From Candidatus Gottesmanbacteria bacterium (GTDB taxonomy: Bacteria > Patescibacteriota > Microgenomatia > UBA10105 > UBA927), in the NCBI GenBank assembly GCA_023245335.1, contig JAHFKK010000001.1, positions 683,282 through 747,281 on the forward strand: a stretch of 64,000 nt of DNA. Direction: 5' to 3'. Every line of letters begins with the position of its first letter. Position 1 is the stretch's first letter. The notes beneath the pieces are model-generated. The model worked only from the letters and a program-made list of their open reading frames with translations. It did not search any database and had not been told where the DNA came from. This document shows, piece by piece, positions 49,797 through 58,881 of this stretch. The translations under genes were made by a program, and so were the position numbers.

Positions 49797-49826
49797 TTGG
49801 AAAGGAAGCCATGGTTTCCTTTCCAA
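49797..49826. repeat. Strong inverted repeat just 5' of tRNA-Val
   Basis: TTGGAAAGGAA-GCCATGGT-TTCCTTTCCAA (11-bp perfect arms). Confidence 0.8.
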
Positions 49827-49832
49827 GAACGA

Positions 49833-49906
49833 GGGCGGTTAGCTCAGCTGGCTAGAGCGTTTCATTGACATTGAAAAGGTCATAGGTTCAAATCCTATAC
49901 CGCCCA
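49833..49906 (+). tRNA. tRNA-Val(GAC); CCA not encoded
   Basis: Acceptor GGGCGGT/ACCGCCC, D arm AGCTCAGCTGGCTAGAGC, anticodon arm TTTCA-TTGACAT-TGAAA, T arm ATAGG-TTCAAAT-CCTAT. Confidence 0.95.
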
Positions 49907-49933
49907 CCCCTACTGGTATGTTACGATAGTTCT

Positions 49934-51085
49934 ATGAGCTTATCTTCTGAGGTACGGTACGCCGGCTTCTGGCGGAGGTTCGCCGCGATTTATATCGACA
50001 GCACATTTGTTTCCCTTATAGCACTTTGTGCACGTATGCTTTTGGGCGTGAGTCCGTTCGATATATCTATCATGCCGCAGTCGCCCTTACGCTACGTGAT
50101 CGCTCGAGTGATTGCCACGTATTTTGTCGGGCCGGCCATTATTGTTCTCTGGTGGGTGGTGTCGGGCGGTCAGTCCCCAGGTAAGTGGCTTATGAGCATC
50201 CGTATCGTGAAGGCAGACGGCACTCGTTTGGGTATCGGAACCGGAATTGTACGGTATGTCGGTTATACGATTTCGGGCCTATTTTTTAGTTTGGGCTACC
50301 TGTGGATGATAGGAGATAGCCATAAGCAGACATGGCACGACAAATTGGCAAAAACCTACGTGATCGTTGACGATCAAAGACACCCCTCGTTCCTGTCCTG
50401 GCTTATTGGCTTAGTTTTGCCGCCTTTATTTTTGGCCGGATATTTTTGGATGATGGCAGTATCGCAGGGAGTGGTCGCGGTGCCGAGTGATCTTCGTGCA
50501 CGATATGAAGATTTCCAAACGCTTCGGGCCATCGCAGAGCTTCCTACGGCGGTAAGGGCACATGTGGACCTGGCAAATACGTATTTAGATCAACTGAATG
50601 CAATACCGGGAAATGACCCGCAGTATGCCGCAAAGGTGCGCCCCATCGCACGCCAGGCTGTCGAAGAACTTAAATTGGCACAAAACTTGGATCCAAAAGA
50701 TGCGTTAATATACACAAAACTCGCGGGTGCATACTTATGGTTGGACGGTGACCCGGCAGCGGAAAAAGCGTATGACAATGCTATGACTGCTTACCGATTA
50801 GACCCACAGGAGCGGCATATCCTCCATACTCTGGGGAGAGCGCTTATTGGTCTCAAACGGTATGAAGAGTCGGTCACTGTACTCGAGAAGGCGATTGCCT
50901 TGGATCATACGTATGCAGAGGTATATCAGACGCTCGCCTATGCGTACGCTCAGCTCGGGCAGAACGATAAGGCACGAAGTAACTATGTGTCTGCCATAGA
51001 GTTTTATACGAAAACCAATACGAAAGGTCAGTATGACCGGCTGATTCGTGGCTTACAAGATGCGCGTAAGGCACTGCCCAAATGA
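49934..51085 (+). CDS. RDD family membrane protein fused to TPR repeats
   Basis: AGFWRR..A..ID, GQSPGK....IR, QTWHDK.A.T.V; C-terminal TPR helices. Confidence 0.8.
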   Translation: MSLSSEVRYAGFWRRFAAIYIDSTFVSLIALCARMLLGVSPFDISIMPQSPLRYVIARVIATYFVGPAIIVLWWVVSGGQSPGKWLMSIRIVKADGTRLGIGTGIVRYVGYTISGLFFSLGYLWMIGDSHKQTWHDKLAKTYVIVDDQRHPSFLSWLIGLVLPPLFLAGYFWMMAVSQGVVAVPSDLRARYEDFQTLRAIAELPTAVRAHVDLANTYLDQLNAIPGNDPQYAAKVRPIARQAVEELKLAQNLDPKDALIYTKLAGAYLWLDGDPAAEKAYDNAMTAYRLDPQERHILHTLGRALIGLKRYEESVTVLEKAIALDHTYAEVYQTLAYAYAQLGQNDKARSNYVSAIEFYTKTNTKGQYDRLIRGLQDARKALPK

Positions 51086-51086
51086 T

Positions 51087-51440
51087 ATGACCTCATCCCC
51101 GGTGAAATCGATCGTGTCGTTTTCCGATTTAGAAAAATTGGACATCCGTGTCGGCACGATAGAGAAAGTAGAAGATGTACCCAAATCCGATAAACTCGTG
51201 CGATTGACCGTCAACTTCGGCGAATTTACCCGCACCATTCTGGTCGGGATGAAAAAGGAACGGAAAGACGTACAGGAAGTCGCCGGTAGACAAGCACTTT
51301 TTGTCGTGAACCTCCCCCCGAAACAAATGATGGGAGAGACATCGGAAGGAATGCTTTTTGATATCGGCTATGCAAACAGTGTTACTCCGGTTCTCGCGGT
51401 TCCGGAGAAGCCGGTTCCGAACGGCGTAAACGCGGGGTAA
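51087..51440 (+). CDS. tRNA-binding OB-fold protein (CsaA/Trbp111 family)
   Basis: LDIRVG.I, SDKL, VNL.P..M.G..SEGM. Confidence 0.85.
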   Translation: MTSSPVKSIVSFSDLEKLDIRVGTIEKVEDVPKSDKLVRLTVNFGEFTRTILVGMKKERKDVQEVAGRQALFVVNLPPKQMMGETSEGMLFDIGYANSVTPVLAVPEKPVPNGVNAG

Positions 51441-51442
51441 GT

Positions 51443-52024
51443 GTGAGCAAAAAAACCATTACTAGTCTCGTAAGCGCCGTATTTGTCGTTTGCTATATTC
51501 TTATCCAGTCGGTATTTCAGTCATCGGCGCCACCCAAAACAGCTACATCCTCCGCCCGGTTACAGCGCGGCGAAGCCAGTATTTCAGCCGTGTCTACTGC
51601 GACCCAAAGCGCTACGCAGGCGCGGGTCACCCGTGTTGTTGACGGAGACACCATTGAGATCGATACCGGCCAAAAAGTCCGATACATAGGCATGAATACG
51701 CCGGAGACGGTTGCACCAAACCGGCCGGTGGAGTGTTATGGTCATGAAGCATCCGCACGAAATAAAGCTCTGGTAGAGGGGAAGATGGTGACCCTTGAGA
51801 AGGATGTTTCGGACAAGGATACATACGGTAGGCTCCTGAGGTACGTGTGGATCGGAGACACGATGATAAATGAAGTATTAGTTCGTGAAGGATACGCGCA
51901 GGTCGCGACGTATCCGCCGGATGTGAAGTATAAAGACCGTTTCATCGCGATTCAGCGCGAAGCTATGGCCGCAGAAAGAGGGTTGTGGGGGAGTGTGTGC
52001 AACACGCCGGTAAAACCAAAGTGA
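51443..52024 (+). CDS. Thermonuclease (SNase) family protein
   Basis: RVVDGDT, VRYIG.NTPE, D.YGRLLRYV, N..LV.EGYA, RGLW. Confidence 0.9.
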   Translation: MSKKTITSLVSAVFVVCYILIQSVFQSSAPPKTATSSARLQRGEASISAVSTATQSATQARVTRVVDGDTIEIDTGQKVRYIGMNTPETVAPNRPVECYGHEASARNKALVEGKMVTLEKDVSDKDTYGRLLRYVWIGDTMINEVLVREGYAQVATYPPDVKYKDRFIAIQREAMAAERGLWGSVCNTPVKPK

Positions 52025-52336
52025 TTATAGGTTGCTGCGCCGTGCAGCAGTCCCCATGTCTACCCCATCCTCCAGGAGCCGCGCATATGTGCGGATGGAA
52101 GGGGTAAAGTGCGGCAGACTGTCGATGAGGTTCAGCATCAGCATACTCCTTTTTCCGTCAAATTCGTTATACTGTCGGGTAAATTCATCGGCTGCCCGTA
52201 TCCGAATGGCAAGCGGCAACTGAACATTGCTCGAGACATCATGTAGCGTTTGGCCTTCCCCTGAGAAAAAGAATTGAGGCAATCGACGAACAAATTCCTC
52301 TGGAGAAGATATCGGCGTTTCTCGTATGTTTTTCAT
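52025..52336 (-). CDS. Hypothetical protein
   Basis: 103-aa ORF with TATAAT 11 nt upstream on the minus strand. Confidence 0.5.
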   Translation of the reverse strand: MKNIRETPISSPEEFVRRLPQFFFSGEGQTLHDVSSNVQLPLAIRIRAADEFTRQYNEFDGKRSMLMLNLIDSLPHFTPSIRTYARLLEDGVDMGTAARRSNL

Positions 52337-52401
52337 AACGGATCGGTATTATACTCCAAAGTGTAGTCTCCAATAAAACTTTTATGATATAATCGTTTAC
52401 T

Positions 52402-52749
52402 ATGGGCTCTCCCGACTGGCATGTAGACATATTTGATTTTCATAACAATATCGGCTGGCAGCCGCTTGTCAGTGTATTGGAAAAACTAAACATAGATCAC
52501 ACGTTTCATGACGCGACGTTTAACCCTGAAGTTCTCAAGAGACTACAGACTATGCGGGAGGCAGATGGAAATATGAAAGTCCCGCGCGTGTATATTCTTC
52601 ATCGCCGCAGACCGGAAACGGATGACATGGAAGTATTGCCTCCTATATTTGCGCCGAGCCCGGTAGTATTTAATGCTCTTCTAACCATGTACCATGTGGT
52701 AGGCGAAGCCGGAACACAAACCCCAAATGAACGACCAACTCGAAAGTAA
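52402..52749 (+). CDS. Glutaredoxin/NrdH-like fold protein lacking CxxC
   Basis: Pattern L...NI..T..D...NPE....L.....G...VP.V.I...PS; TGATATAAT upstream. Confidence 0.5.
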   Translation: MGSPDWHVDIFDFHNNIGWQPLVSVLEKLNIDHTFHDATFNPEVLKRLQTMREADGNMKVPRVYILHRRRPETDDMEVLPPIFAPSPVVFNALLTMYHVVGEAGTQTPNERPTRK

Positions 52750-52978
52750 AAGACAATCGCATCTTATGTGTACCGGGTGCACATTGGTGCAGCCTGATTA
52801 TGCGTGCGGGGACCCGAAAATATCTTTGGAAGATCAGTTAGTGGCTGCGGGGGTCGGCGTCTGCTACCGTGCATATAGATTGCCGCTTAATGCTGAAGCC
52901 ATGACGCACGCCGGACGTACTCGCGCACGTGGTGGTAAATGGTTGTGGTCACGGACGTTTAACGGGAAGCGAAGTTAA
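52727..52978 (+). CDS. Cys-rich hypothetical protein
   Basis: CTGC...C...C; overlaps the previous stop. Confidence 0.45.
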   Translation: MNDQLESKRQSHLMCTGCTLVQPDYACGDPKISLEDQLVAAGVGVCYRAYRLPLNAEAMTHAGRTRARGGKWLWSRTFNGKRS

Positions 52979-53034
52979 TCGGTCTATACCCTATAGTTTG
53001 ATTTAGGCACGATATTTGATATAATCCCAAGATT

Positions 53035-53451
53035 ATGCCACATTCACCCGACGGGTGTATTTTTTTTGATCCGGAGACGAGGCAATGCCGAAGGCCGCAA
53101 CGATTGAGCGCACCTCAGCCCATGGCTGTCTTTGCGTCGCTTAAAGCGCAAAACGCCTTAACGTATGAGGAAGATTCCACGCTAGAACTGGATACGTTGG
53201 ATAATATAGCCAAAATACCCTCCGGAGCCACGGTTACGCACTGGTCGTATTACCCGTACCTTGATGAGTGTACGGTAACGGATAAAACTGGCATTCTTAA
53301 ACGTTTTTTGGTCTGCGACGGGTTTATGTCCTTGACCCATGCGCGGGGAGTCAATCACAAACAACAACCATTCCTCACTACCGGTGACGTGGTTGATCAA
53401 ATGGCTCGGGTCCTGGTGACTCCCACCTCTGATCATTCGACATATTCGTAA
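53035..53451 (+). CDS. Hypothetical protein with 4 Cys
   Basis: TGATATAAT 9 nt before ATG. Confidence 0.55.
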   Translation: MPHSPDGCIFFDPETRQCRRPQRLSAPQPMAVFASLKAQNALTYEEDSTLELDTLDNIAKIPSGATVTHWSYYPYLDECTVTDKTGILKRFLVCDGFMSLTHARGVNHKQQPFLTTGDVVDQMARVLVTPTSDHSTYS

Positions 53452-53459
53452 GTATTTAT

Positions 53460-53780
53460 ATGAAAACGATAGAGGCGGTATGTGTGGTAGGCGGCCTGGC
53501 GGAAGTCACTCTTTTAGCACGATGGAAGCATCGAGATAGCGATATAGCATGGAGAAATACCACGAAAGAAGGTCACGCTGTGGAGTATGGGATATGTGTG
53601 AGGGCAGACCAATGCCCATACCGCCGAGAGTGTACGCATAAAGTGCTTGCCTCAATGCCTGGGGGTCCGGAATTACGAAGCGAGGGCGTAATCCATGAAC
53701 TATTGGTAAGAGATGAAGCTGCATTCAAAAAATTGGAAGTCGGCAAGATACTACCGCGTGAGTCGGTAATTTGGTTGTGA
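53460..53780 (+). CDS. Cys-rich hypothetical protein
   Basis: C...CVRADQCPYRREC. Confidence 0.55.
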   Translation: MKTIEAVCVVGGLAEVTLLARWKHRDSDIAWRNTTKEGHAVEYGICVRADQCPYRRECTHKVLASMPGGPELRSEGVIHELLVRDEAAFKKLEVGKILPRESVIWL

Positions 53781-53871
53781 TGCTGTCTAATATTTGCCGA
53801 TTCATATCGTCATTTAGCGACGTACCTGACGTTGACGGGCAGAAGTAGGAGCAGTATAGTGCGATAGATCT

Positions 53872-54198
53872 ATGTTTGAACCGATGGACCAACGTGCGTA
53901 CGACGCAGAGATGACGGTCGATGGAAAGCGCGTTTATGTGCGCGTGACGGCGACAACTCGGGTCAAAGGCGGACCGACATCTTTTGTCATCGAAAGAAGG
54001 TCGCGTGACCGCAAAGCCCCAGAAAAAGTAGGTTTATACAACTCACCGTTCCACGATAGCGCGGCTCTCGACGATTTGTTAAGCCAGCGACCCATTACAA
54101 GAATGGATTTTGAACCGATTGAGGGACATGTGTACAGACAATTTAATTTGGGCCTATTAGAAAAGCCAATTCGGTTTTTCCAACGCTTAGTCCGCTAA
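53872..54198 (+). CDS. Hypothetical protein
   Basis: TTGACG-N17-TATAGT promoter (53832-53860). Confidence 0.55.
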   Translation: MFEPMDQRAYDAEMTVDGKRVYVRVTATTRVKGGPTSFVIERRSRDRKAPEKVGLYNSPFHDSAALDDLLSQRPITRMDFEPIEGHVYRQFNLGLLEKPIRFFQRLVR

Positions 54199-54212
54199 CG
54201 ATCCTCACGAAG

Positions 54213-56621
54213 CTAATTTTCATGAAGTATATCCTCGGTTTTGTGTAGGCGGTCGAAGCGAAGCTTCCAGTGTCTGGCGCTGAAACCCGTTTGTGAATAT
54301 GCTTTCCACTTTGACGTTCCGTCTTCAAAAAGTTGTATCACCAGCACTTTATTCTCGTGTTTTCGCCACCACGGCCACCACCGTGGATTGTCTGGAGTCA
54401 CGCGTAATGTATAACTATCTTCGGAGGGTTCTAGAATGGTAATTTGACCGTCAGCATCTTGATATGTTTTGCCGTTTTTGTCAGTAAGGGAAGCGTGTGC
54501 GCCATCGACGACAATAAGAAGTGCAGTTGTTCTTCTCGTCGGTTTGATGAGTTGCTGATTTTGTTGCATTTGTCGTAAAAGAGGTTGTTGCTCAGTTGTA
54601 TCATTTAGAAAATCAATGATTGCCTGTATTCCTAACTGGTTGGTTACGAGTCCGGAGTGACTCAATGGTAGTGTGTGGTTTTCGACATCCGGGAGTTGGC
54701 CGCTGGTTGTAAGCACTGTACCGTCGCCATCTGCGTAGTATTTATTTCCGGTTGGTTTGCCGTCTAGCCAATTACCTAAACGCTGATCGAGACGACTAGG
54801 AGAGGTTACTTCAATTTGCTTTAGCGTGTCACGCCCCGTCCCTGTCAACGTGCCCATTCTTACTCCGAAAAAGGGAAAATTAAATGCGGTCGGTAGCCAA
54901 TTATTTTTAGCTGACATGGAAGACGCTGGTTTAAGACTGCCGGTTAGTTTATCTTTGAGATAGGGAAAAGTCGGAAGGATGTTTCGTATTGAAGGCAATA
55001 AATTGGCGACCGTTTCTCTGCCAGACCATCCATGACGAATAGAGCAGCCGATTTGCAACATGGTAAATGCGAGTCGCATGTTTACATCATCTATCCATAT
55101 TTCGCCACCTGACCAGGCAGGGTAGGCAAGCGCAACTCCTTCATGTGGTGTGCCGACGGTAAGAAAAGCATCAGTATGGCTACTCTCTTTGGTTGACTCC
55201 AGATACGCTCGTCCAACAAACCCACCCATACTATGACCGACTACGTCGACAACCTCATCTGATTCTCGGTTTTGATTTATGAAGGAATTCAATATTATTG
55301 CACTATCAGTAACTCGTTTTCGCCAGTCGTACCAGAATGGTATTGGCTGGTATCCTGCTGATGTAAGCCCAGTAAGGAGTGGTTGGTAAATATCCGCATT
55401 GGCGACAGTCCAATTCGACCAGTTGCCGCTATAACCGCTGGATTTACAATTAAGAAGCGCATCACGATTCCAACTACCACCAATCCCGGGAATAACGATA
55501 ACCTTTTTGGACGGTGACGGCGTTGGAGTAGGGTTGGGTGTTGGTGTGTTTGTCGGGGTGGGTATTGGTGTATTAGTAGGTGTTGGAATAGGAGTAGCTG
55601 TGGGGCGTGGCGTAGGAATGAACAAAGGAATTGGAATAGTTGGGTTTGTCGCATAGCCAATACTCCACTTGCCAGAACCCATACCGGAGTACCACATTTT
55701 ATATTCTCCATCATCGTGTAGTACAAATGGTTGGGTAACATAGTCCGAATCAAAACTACTTGATTCTCCCTTGTCTAATACAGGGTTTTGATCTTTTGGT
55801 TTTATCCATCCAATTCCGTCAGTTGAATATGCATAGACGAAGCGGGTGGGTGCATTTCCAGTGCCTGCCGCATACCACATGTGATAAATTCCATTTTCAA
55901 AAATAACATTTGGAAAACTTACGTTATTTAATTCCCACGTTTCCGTAGGTTCGATAACGGGAGCACTATTATTTTGTTTTATCCAGGTGCATCCATCGTT
56001 AGATGTTGCATAACCTATTCGCCAATAAGGGTTAGTCTCTACTGGGTTCTCGTTAGTCCCTGTATACCACATATGAAAAACACCGTCCTTATAAAGGATG
56101 GACTTGCCTCTGTTTATTCCTCCAGCATCCCATGTGCCTAAAGTTCCTTTCATTACACAATTTAATTTCACCCAGTTCGTCCCAAGGTCAGATTCCGCGT
56201 AACGCAATTCCATGCGATCTATTCCACCTTGAGCCCAAGTGGCTTTGACTGCTGAGTACCACATTCTGTATTTGCCTAATGCGTATACAATGGTTGGATC
56301 CTCATCTTCATTTTCCCATATGTTTGTTGAATCGGGGTAAATAATTGAGTAAGGAAGCCTATCCCATCCAGATATACCATTTAATGAAGTTGTATATCCT
56401 ATTTGCCATTTCGAATTTGTTCCCTGATACCACATTCTATAAGTACCGTTACCATATGTGACAAATGGGTTAGCAACATGTACACTATCCCAAATTCCTG
56501 GTAATCCTAGTCCAGAAAAAATAGGATTGTCAGGATATTTAGTCCATGATGAAGCGTCAACCATAGAAGATAACATAAAGAAAACTAGAAGAGAAAGAAG
56601 AAATCGAGAGCAGATTTTCAT
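54213..56621 (-). CDS. Secreted five-bladed beta-propeller (GH32/43/130-like), PT linker, lipase/LCAT-like alpha/beta hydrolase
   Basis: Signal peptide; repeated WD...P.V...G.Y.MWY.G...IGYATS; PT-rich linker; PG.GGS, YDWR, GHSMGG, GTPH.G, GDGTV, H. Confidence 0.75.
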   Translation of the reverse strand: MKICSRFLLSLLVFFMLSSMVDASSWTKYPDNPIFSGLGLPGIWDSVHVANPFVTYGNGTYRMWYQGTNSKWQIGYTTSLNGISGWDRLPYSIIYPDSTNIWENEDEDPTIVYALGKYRMWYSAVKATWAQGGIDRMELRYAESDLGTNWVKLNCVMKGTLGTWDAGGINRGKSILYKDGVFHMWYTGTNENPVETNPYWRIGYATSNDGCTWIKQNNSAPVIEPTETWELNNVSFPNVIFENGIYHMWYAAGTGNAPTRFVYAYSTDGIGWIKPKDQNPVLDKGESSSFDSDYVTQPFVLHDDGEYKMWYSGMGSGKWSIGYATNPTIPIPLFIPTPRPTATPIPTPTNTPIPTPTNTPTPNPTPTPSPSKKVIVIPGIGGSWNRDALLNCKSSGYSGNWSNWTVANADIYQPLLTGLTSAGYQPIPFWYDWRKRVTDSAIILNSFINQNRESDEVVDVVGHSMGGFVGRAYLESTKESSHTDAFLTVGTPHEGVALAYPAWSGGEIWIDDVNMRLAFTMLQIGCSIRHGWSGRETVANLLPSIRNILPTFPYLKDKLTGSLKPASSMSAKNNWLPTAFNFPFFGVRMGTLTGTGRDTLKQIEVTSPSRLDQRLGNWLDGKPTGNKYYADGDGTVLTTSGQLPDVENHTLPLSHSGLVTNQLGIQAIIDFLNDTTEQQPLLRQMQQNQQLIKPTRRTTALLIVVDGAHASLTDKNGKTYQDADGQITILEPSEDSYTLRVTPDNPRWWPWWRKHENKVLVIQLFEDGTSKWKAYSQTGFSARHWKLRFDRLHKTEDILHEN

Positions 56622-56725
56622 GAAAACAATATTAATTCTTGAGTCAAGTTTAGTATTTGATATTTATTGGAATTTGTCAGTGCGATAGTTAACATAAATA
56701 ATTTGTATTATCGATTCAATGCAAT

Positions 56726-57475
56726 ATGACAATTTCTGTAATTACCATTACTTCATCTCTCTCCATGTTTCGAGTTCAATCGTCGCTTGCTCTCACAGAC
56801 GTCGAGTGTGAAGTGCTTGTAGGAGTAAATGCGAAACAACAAAGCAAGCCGTTAGCAGATAATAAAATAAAGATATACTTTCAAAGTACACGAGTGTTGG
56901 GTATACGAAAAAATAATCTAATTAGTTTGGCTAAAGGAGATTGGATTTTATTGCTAGATACTGATGAGATTCCCTCGAAAGAATTATTGGATGAAATTAA
57001 AGATAAAGTTACTAACGGACCCGAAAATATCCATGGATATGAGATTCCGTATCAGAATTATGTGTTTGAGAAGCCGGTATACTATGGAGGGGAGCGGTAT
57101 AGCAAGGTGCGCCTTTTTCGGAAGAAATATGGCACAGTCACGCCGGTGCCGATACATGAGGAAGTTGTCGTACAAGGAAAAATCGGTAAACTAAACGGGG
57201 TCCTTCGCCATTATTCTTACCGCAACCCATGGCAGGTCCTCGTTAAGTTCACTCGATATGCATGGCTCATCGCGGGCGAGAAGAACAAGAAGAGGGAGTC
57301 AGTTACAGTCAGCAAACTATTCCTCTATGGCCCCCATATGTTCTGGGCGCGATGTATAGAGGAGGACGGATGGCGGGACGGATGGCGGGGGGTTGTGCTT
57401 GCAAAGTTTTTTGGGTATATGGAAGGCATGACCTATTGGTTACTTCTATGGCGAAGCCTCGTTCAACACATATAA
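56726..57475 (+). CDS. Family 2 glycosyltransferase (WaaE/KdtX-like), divergent N-terminus
   Basis: AKGDWILLLDTDE, RLFR, IHE, L.HY, G..DG..G. Confidence 0.75.
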   Translation: MTISVITITSSLSMFRVQSSLALTDVECEVLVGVNAKQQSKPLADNKIKIYFQSTRVLGIRKNNLISLAKGDWILLLDTDEIPSKELLDEIKDKVTNGPENIHGYEIPYQNYVFEKPVYYGGERYSKVRLFRKKYGTVTPVPIHEEVVVQGKIGKLNGVLRHYSYRNPWQVLVKFTRYAWLIAGEKNKKRESVTVSKLFLYGPHMFWARCIEEDGWRDGWRGVVLAKFFGYMEGMTYWLLLWRSLVQHI

Positions 57476-58881
57476 TGTCGTGGATTTCGGATGTCGTATT
57501 TATTATTGCCGGGTTATCTGTGCATCTCTGGTATCTCTATCACACCACGTTCGTCGACTGGTCGGAGATGCTCCTGTATCCTTGGTTTTTGACAAAGGGA
57601 CTTCTGTATTACCGTGACATAGTATTGGCATACGTACCCGGCGCATATTATCTTTTGTTTGTCTTGTATAAGCTACTTGGATTCACCGTTTCGTCAGAGC
57701 GGATTATTGCGTACGGATTTATTTTACTTACGGATGTATTGGTATATGTAGCTTCCAAACGCCTGACCAAAAATAAGTGGTTCGCGGCGGCGAGTCTTGC
57801 CTTCTTTATCTTTTGGCAGCCGATATTTTATGGGAACACGATATGGTACGAGACTATATTGGCTCCAATCTATCTTCTTACACTTCTGGCCGTTAGTTCG
57901 TATTTCGAAAAACCCAATACAAATAATGCTTTCTCAATAGGGCTTATGCTTGCTCTCGCTTCGCTTATGAAGCAGACAGCAGTTTGGTCTATATTGGTTG
58001 TGTGCATAGCGGTTTGGCTAAGCGATCAAAAGAAACTCGTCGGATTTTGGCGGGCAATTGTCGTTGGGATTGTCCCAGTCGCTGCGAATGCACTCGTGTG
58101 GGCATATTTTTCATTCATGGGAGCCGGTAAAGAATATATTTACTGGTCATATGGTTTCCTTCTTTCTCTTTCGCGCGCATCCAGTGATTACGTACTTCTC
58201 CCGTCGCGCGGTGATCTGGTCACCATATTGCCCGCTTTTATACCGCTTGCCGTGATGCCATGGCTACGGAGAAACCGAACAGTTTGGCTGATATTATTTT
58301 GGACAGCGGCACTTATTACGGCCGGACTACCTCGATGGGGTCTTTTCCGTCTGCAACCGTCACTCGCCTTTGGGGCCATAGGATTGGCTCTATTAGTTAA
58401 AGAGATAGCTCAACGTAAAGCAAAGAAGATGACGGTAGCGGTCTGGCTGCTTGCTTTTATTATGTCTGTCGGCAGTTGGCGCAGTCTGCGAGTCTTCACC
58501 ACTATTCGTGATCGTATGCAGCCTCAGTTTTTTACGGGCACATACCAGAGCCTTCTCGATTTTTCCAGAATCCATCTCGATAAGCCGTTCTATATACTTG
58601 GTAATTACGACTATCTGTATTACGGTCTAGACAGACGCCCCACAGTACTTCCCTGGGTTCCGTTATTTCCGTGGAATGCCCAAGTGTCTGGCCTTCAGCA
58701 ACGGTTGATAATCTCATTAGAAGAACAAAAAGTGCCGTATATTCTCTATATGCCATTTCATGGAAACAGCGGCTACTATCTGGACTACATTCCAAAAGAG
58801 CTTCTCTTGTACGTTACTTCTAAGTATGAAAAAATAGTCGAGTTGCCAGTCGAAGGCGGATGGCTCTACGTAAGGAAATGA
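57475..58881 (+). CDS. GT-C-like polytopic membrane glycosyltransferase
   Basis: G...YRD....PG, L.KQ, many TM segments. Confidence 0.65.
   Translation: MSWISDVVFIIAGLSVHLWYLYHTTFVDWSEMLLYPWFLTKGLLYYRDIVLAYVPGAYYLLFVLYKLLGFTVSSERIIAYGFILLTDVLVYVASKRLTKNKWFAAASLAFFIFWQPIFYGNTIWYETILAPIYLLTLLAVSSYFEKPNTNNAFSIGLMLALASLMKQTAVWSILVVCIAVWLSDQKKLVGFWRAIVVGIVPVAANALVWAYFSFMGAGKEYIYWSYGFLLSLSRASSDYVLLPSRGDLVTILPAFIPLAVMPWLRRNRTVWLILFWTAALITAGLPRWGLFRLQPSLAFGAIGLALLVKEIAQRKAKKMTVAVWLLAFIMSVGSWRSLRVFTTIRDRMQPQFFTGTYQSLLDFSRIHLDKPFYILGNYDYLYYGLDRRPTVLPWVPLFPWNAQVSGLQQRLIISLEEQKVPYILYMPFHGNSGYYLDYIPKELLLYVTSKYEKIVELPVEGGWLYVRK

Noticed and set aside
55510-55635. Low-complexity GT-rich repeat
   Set aside because: Explained by the Pro/Thr linker coded on the minus strand
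49833-56621. tRNA-integrated mobile island
   Set aside because: No integrase and no duplicate of the tRNA 3' end found by eye
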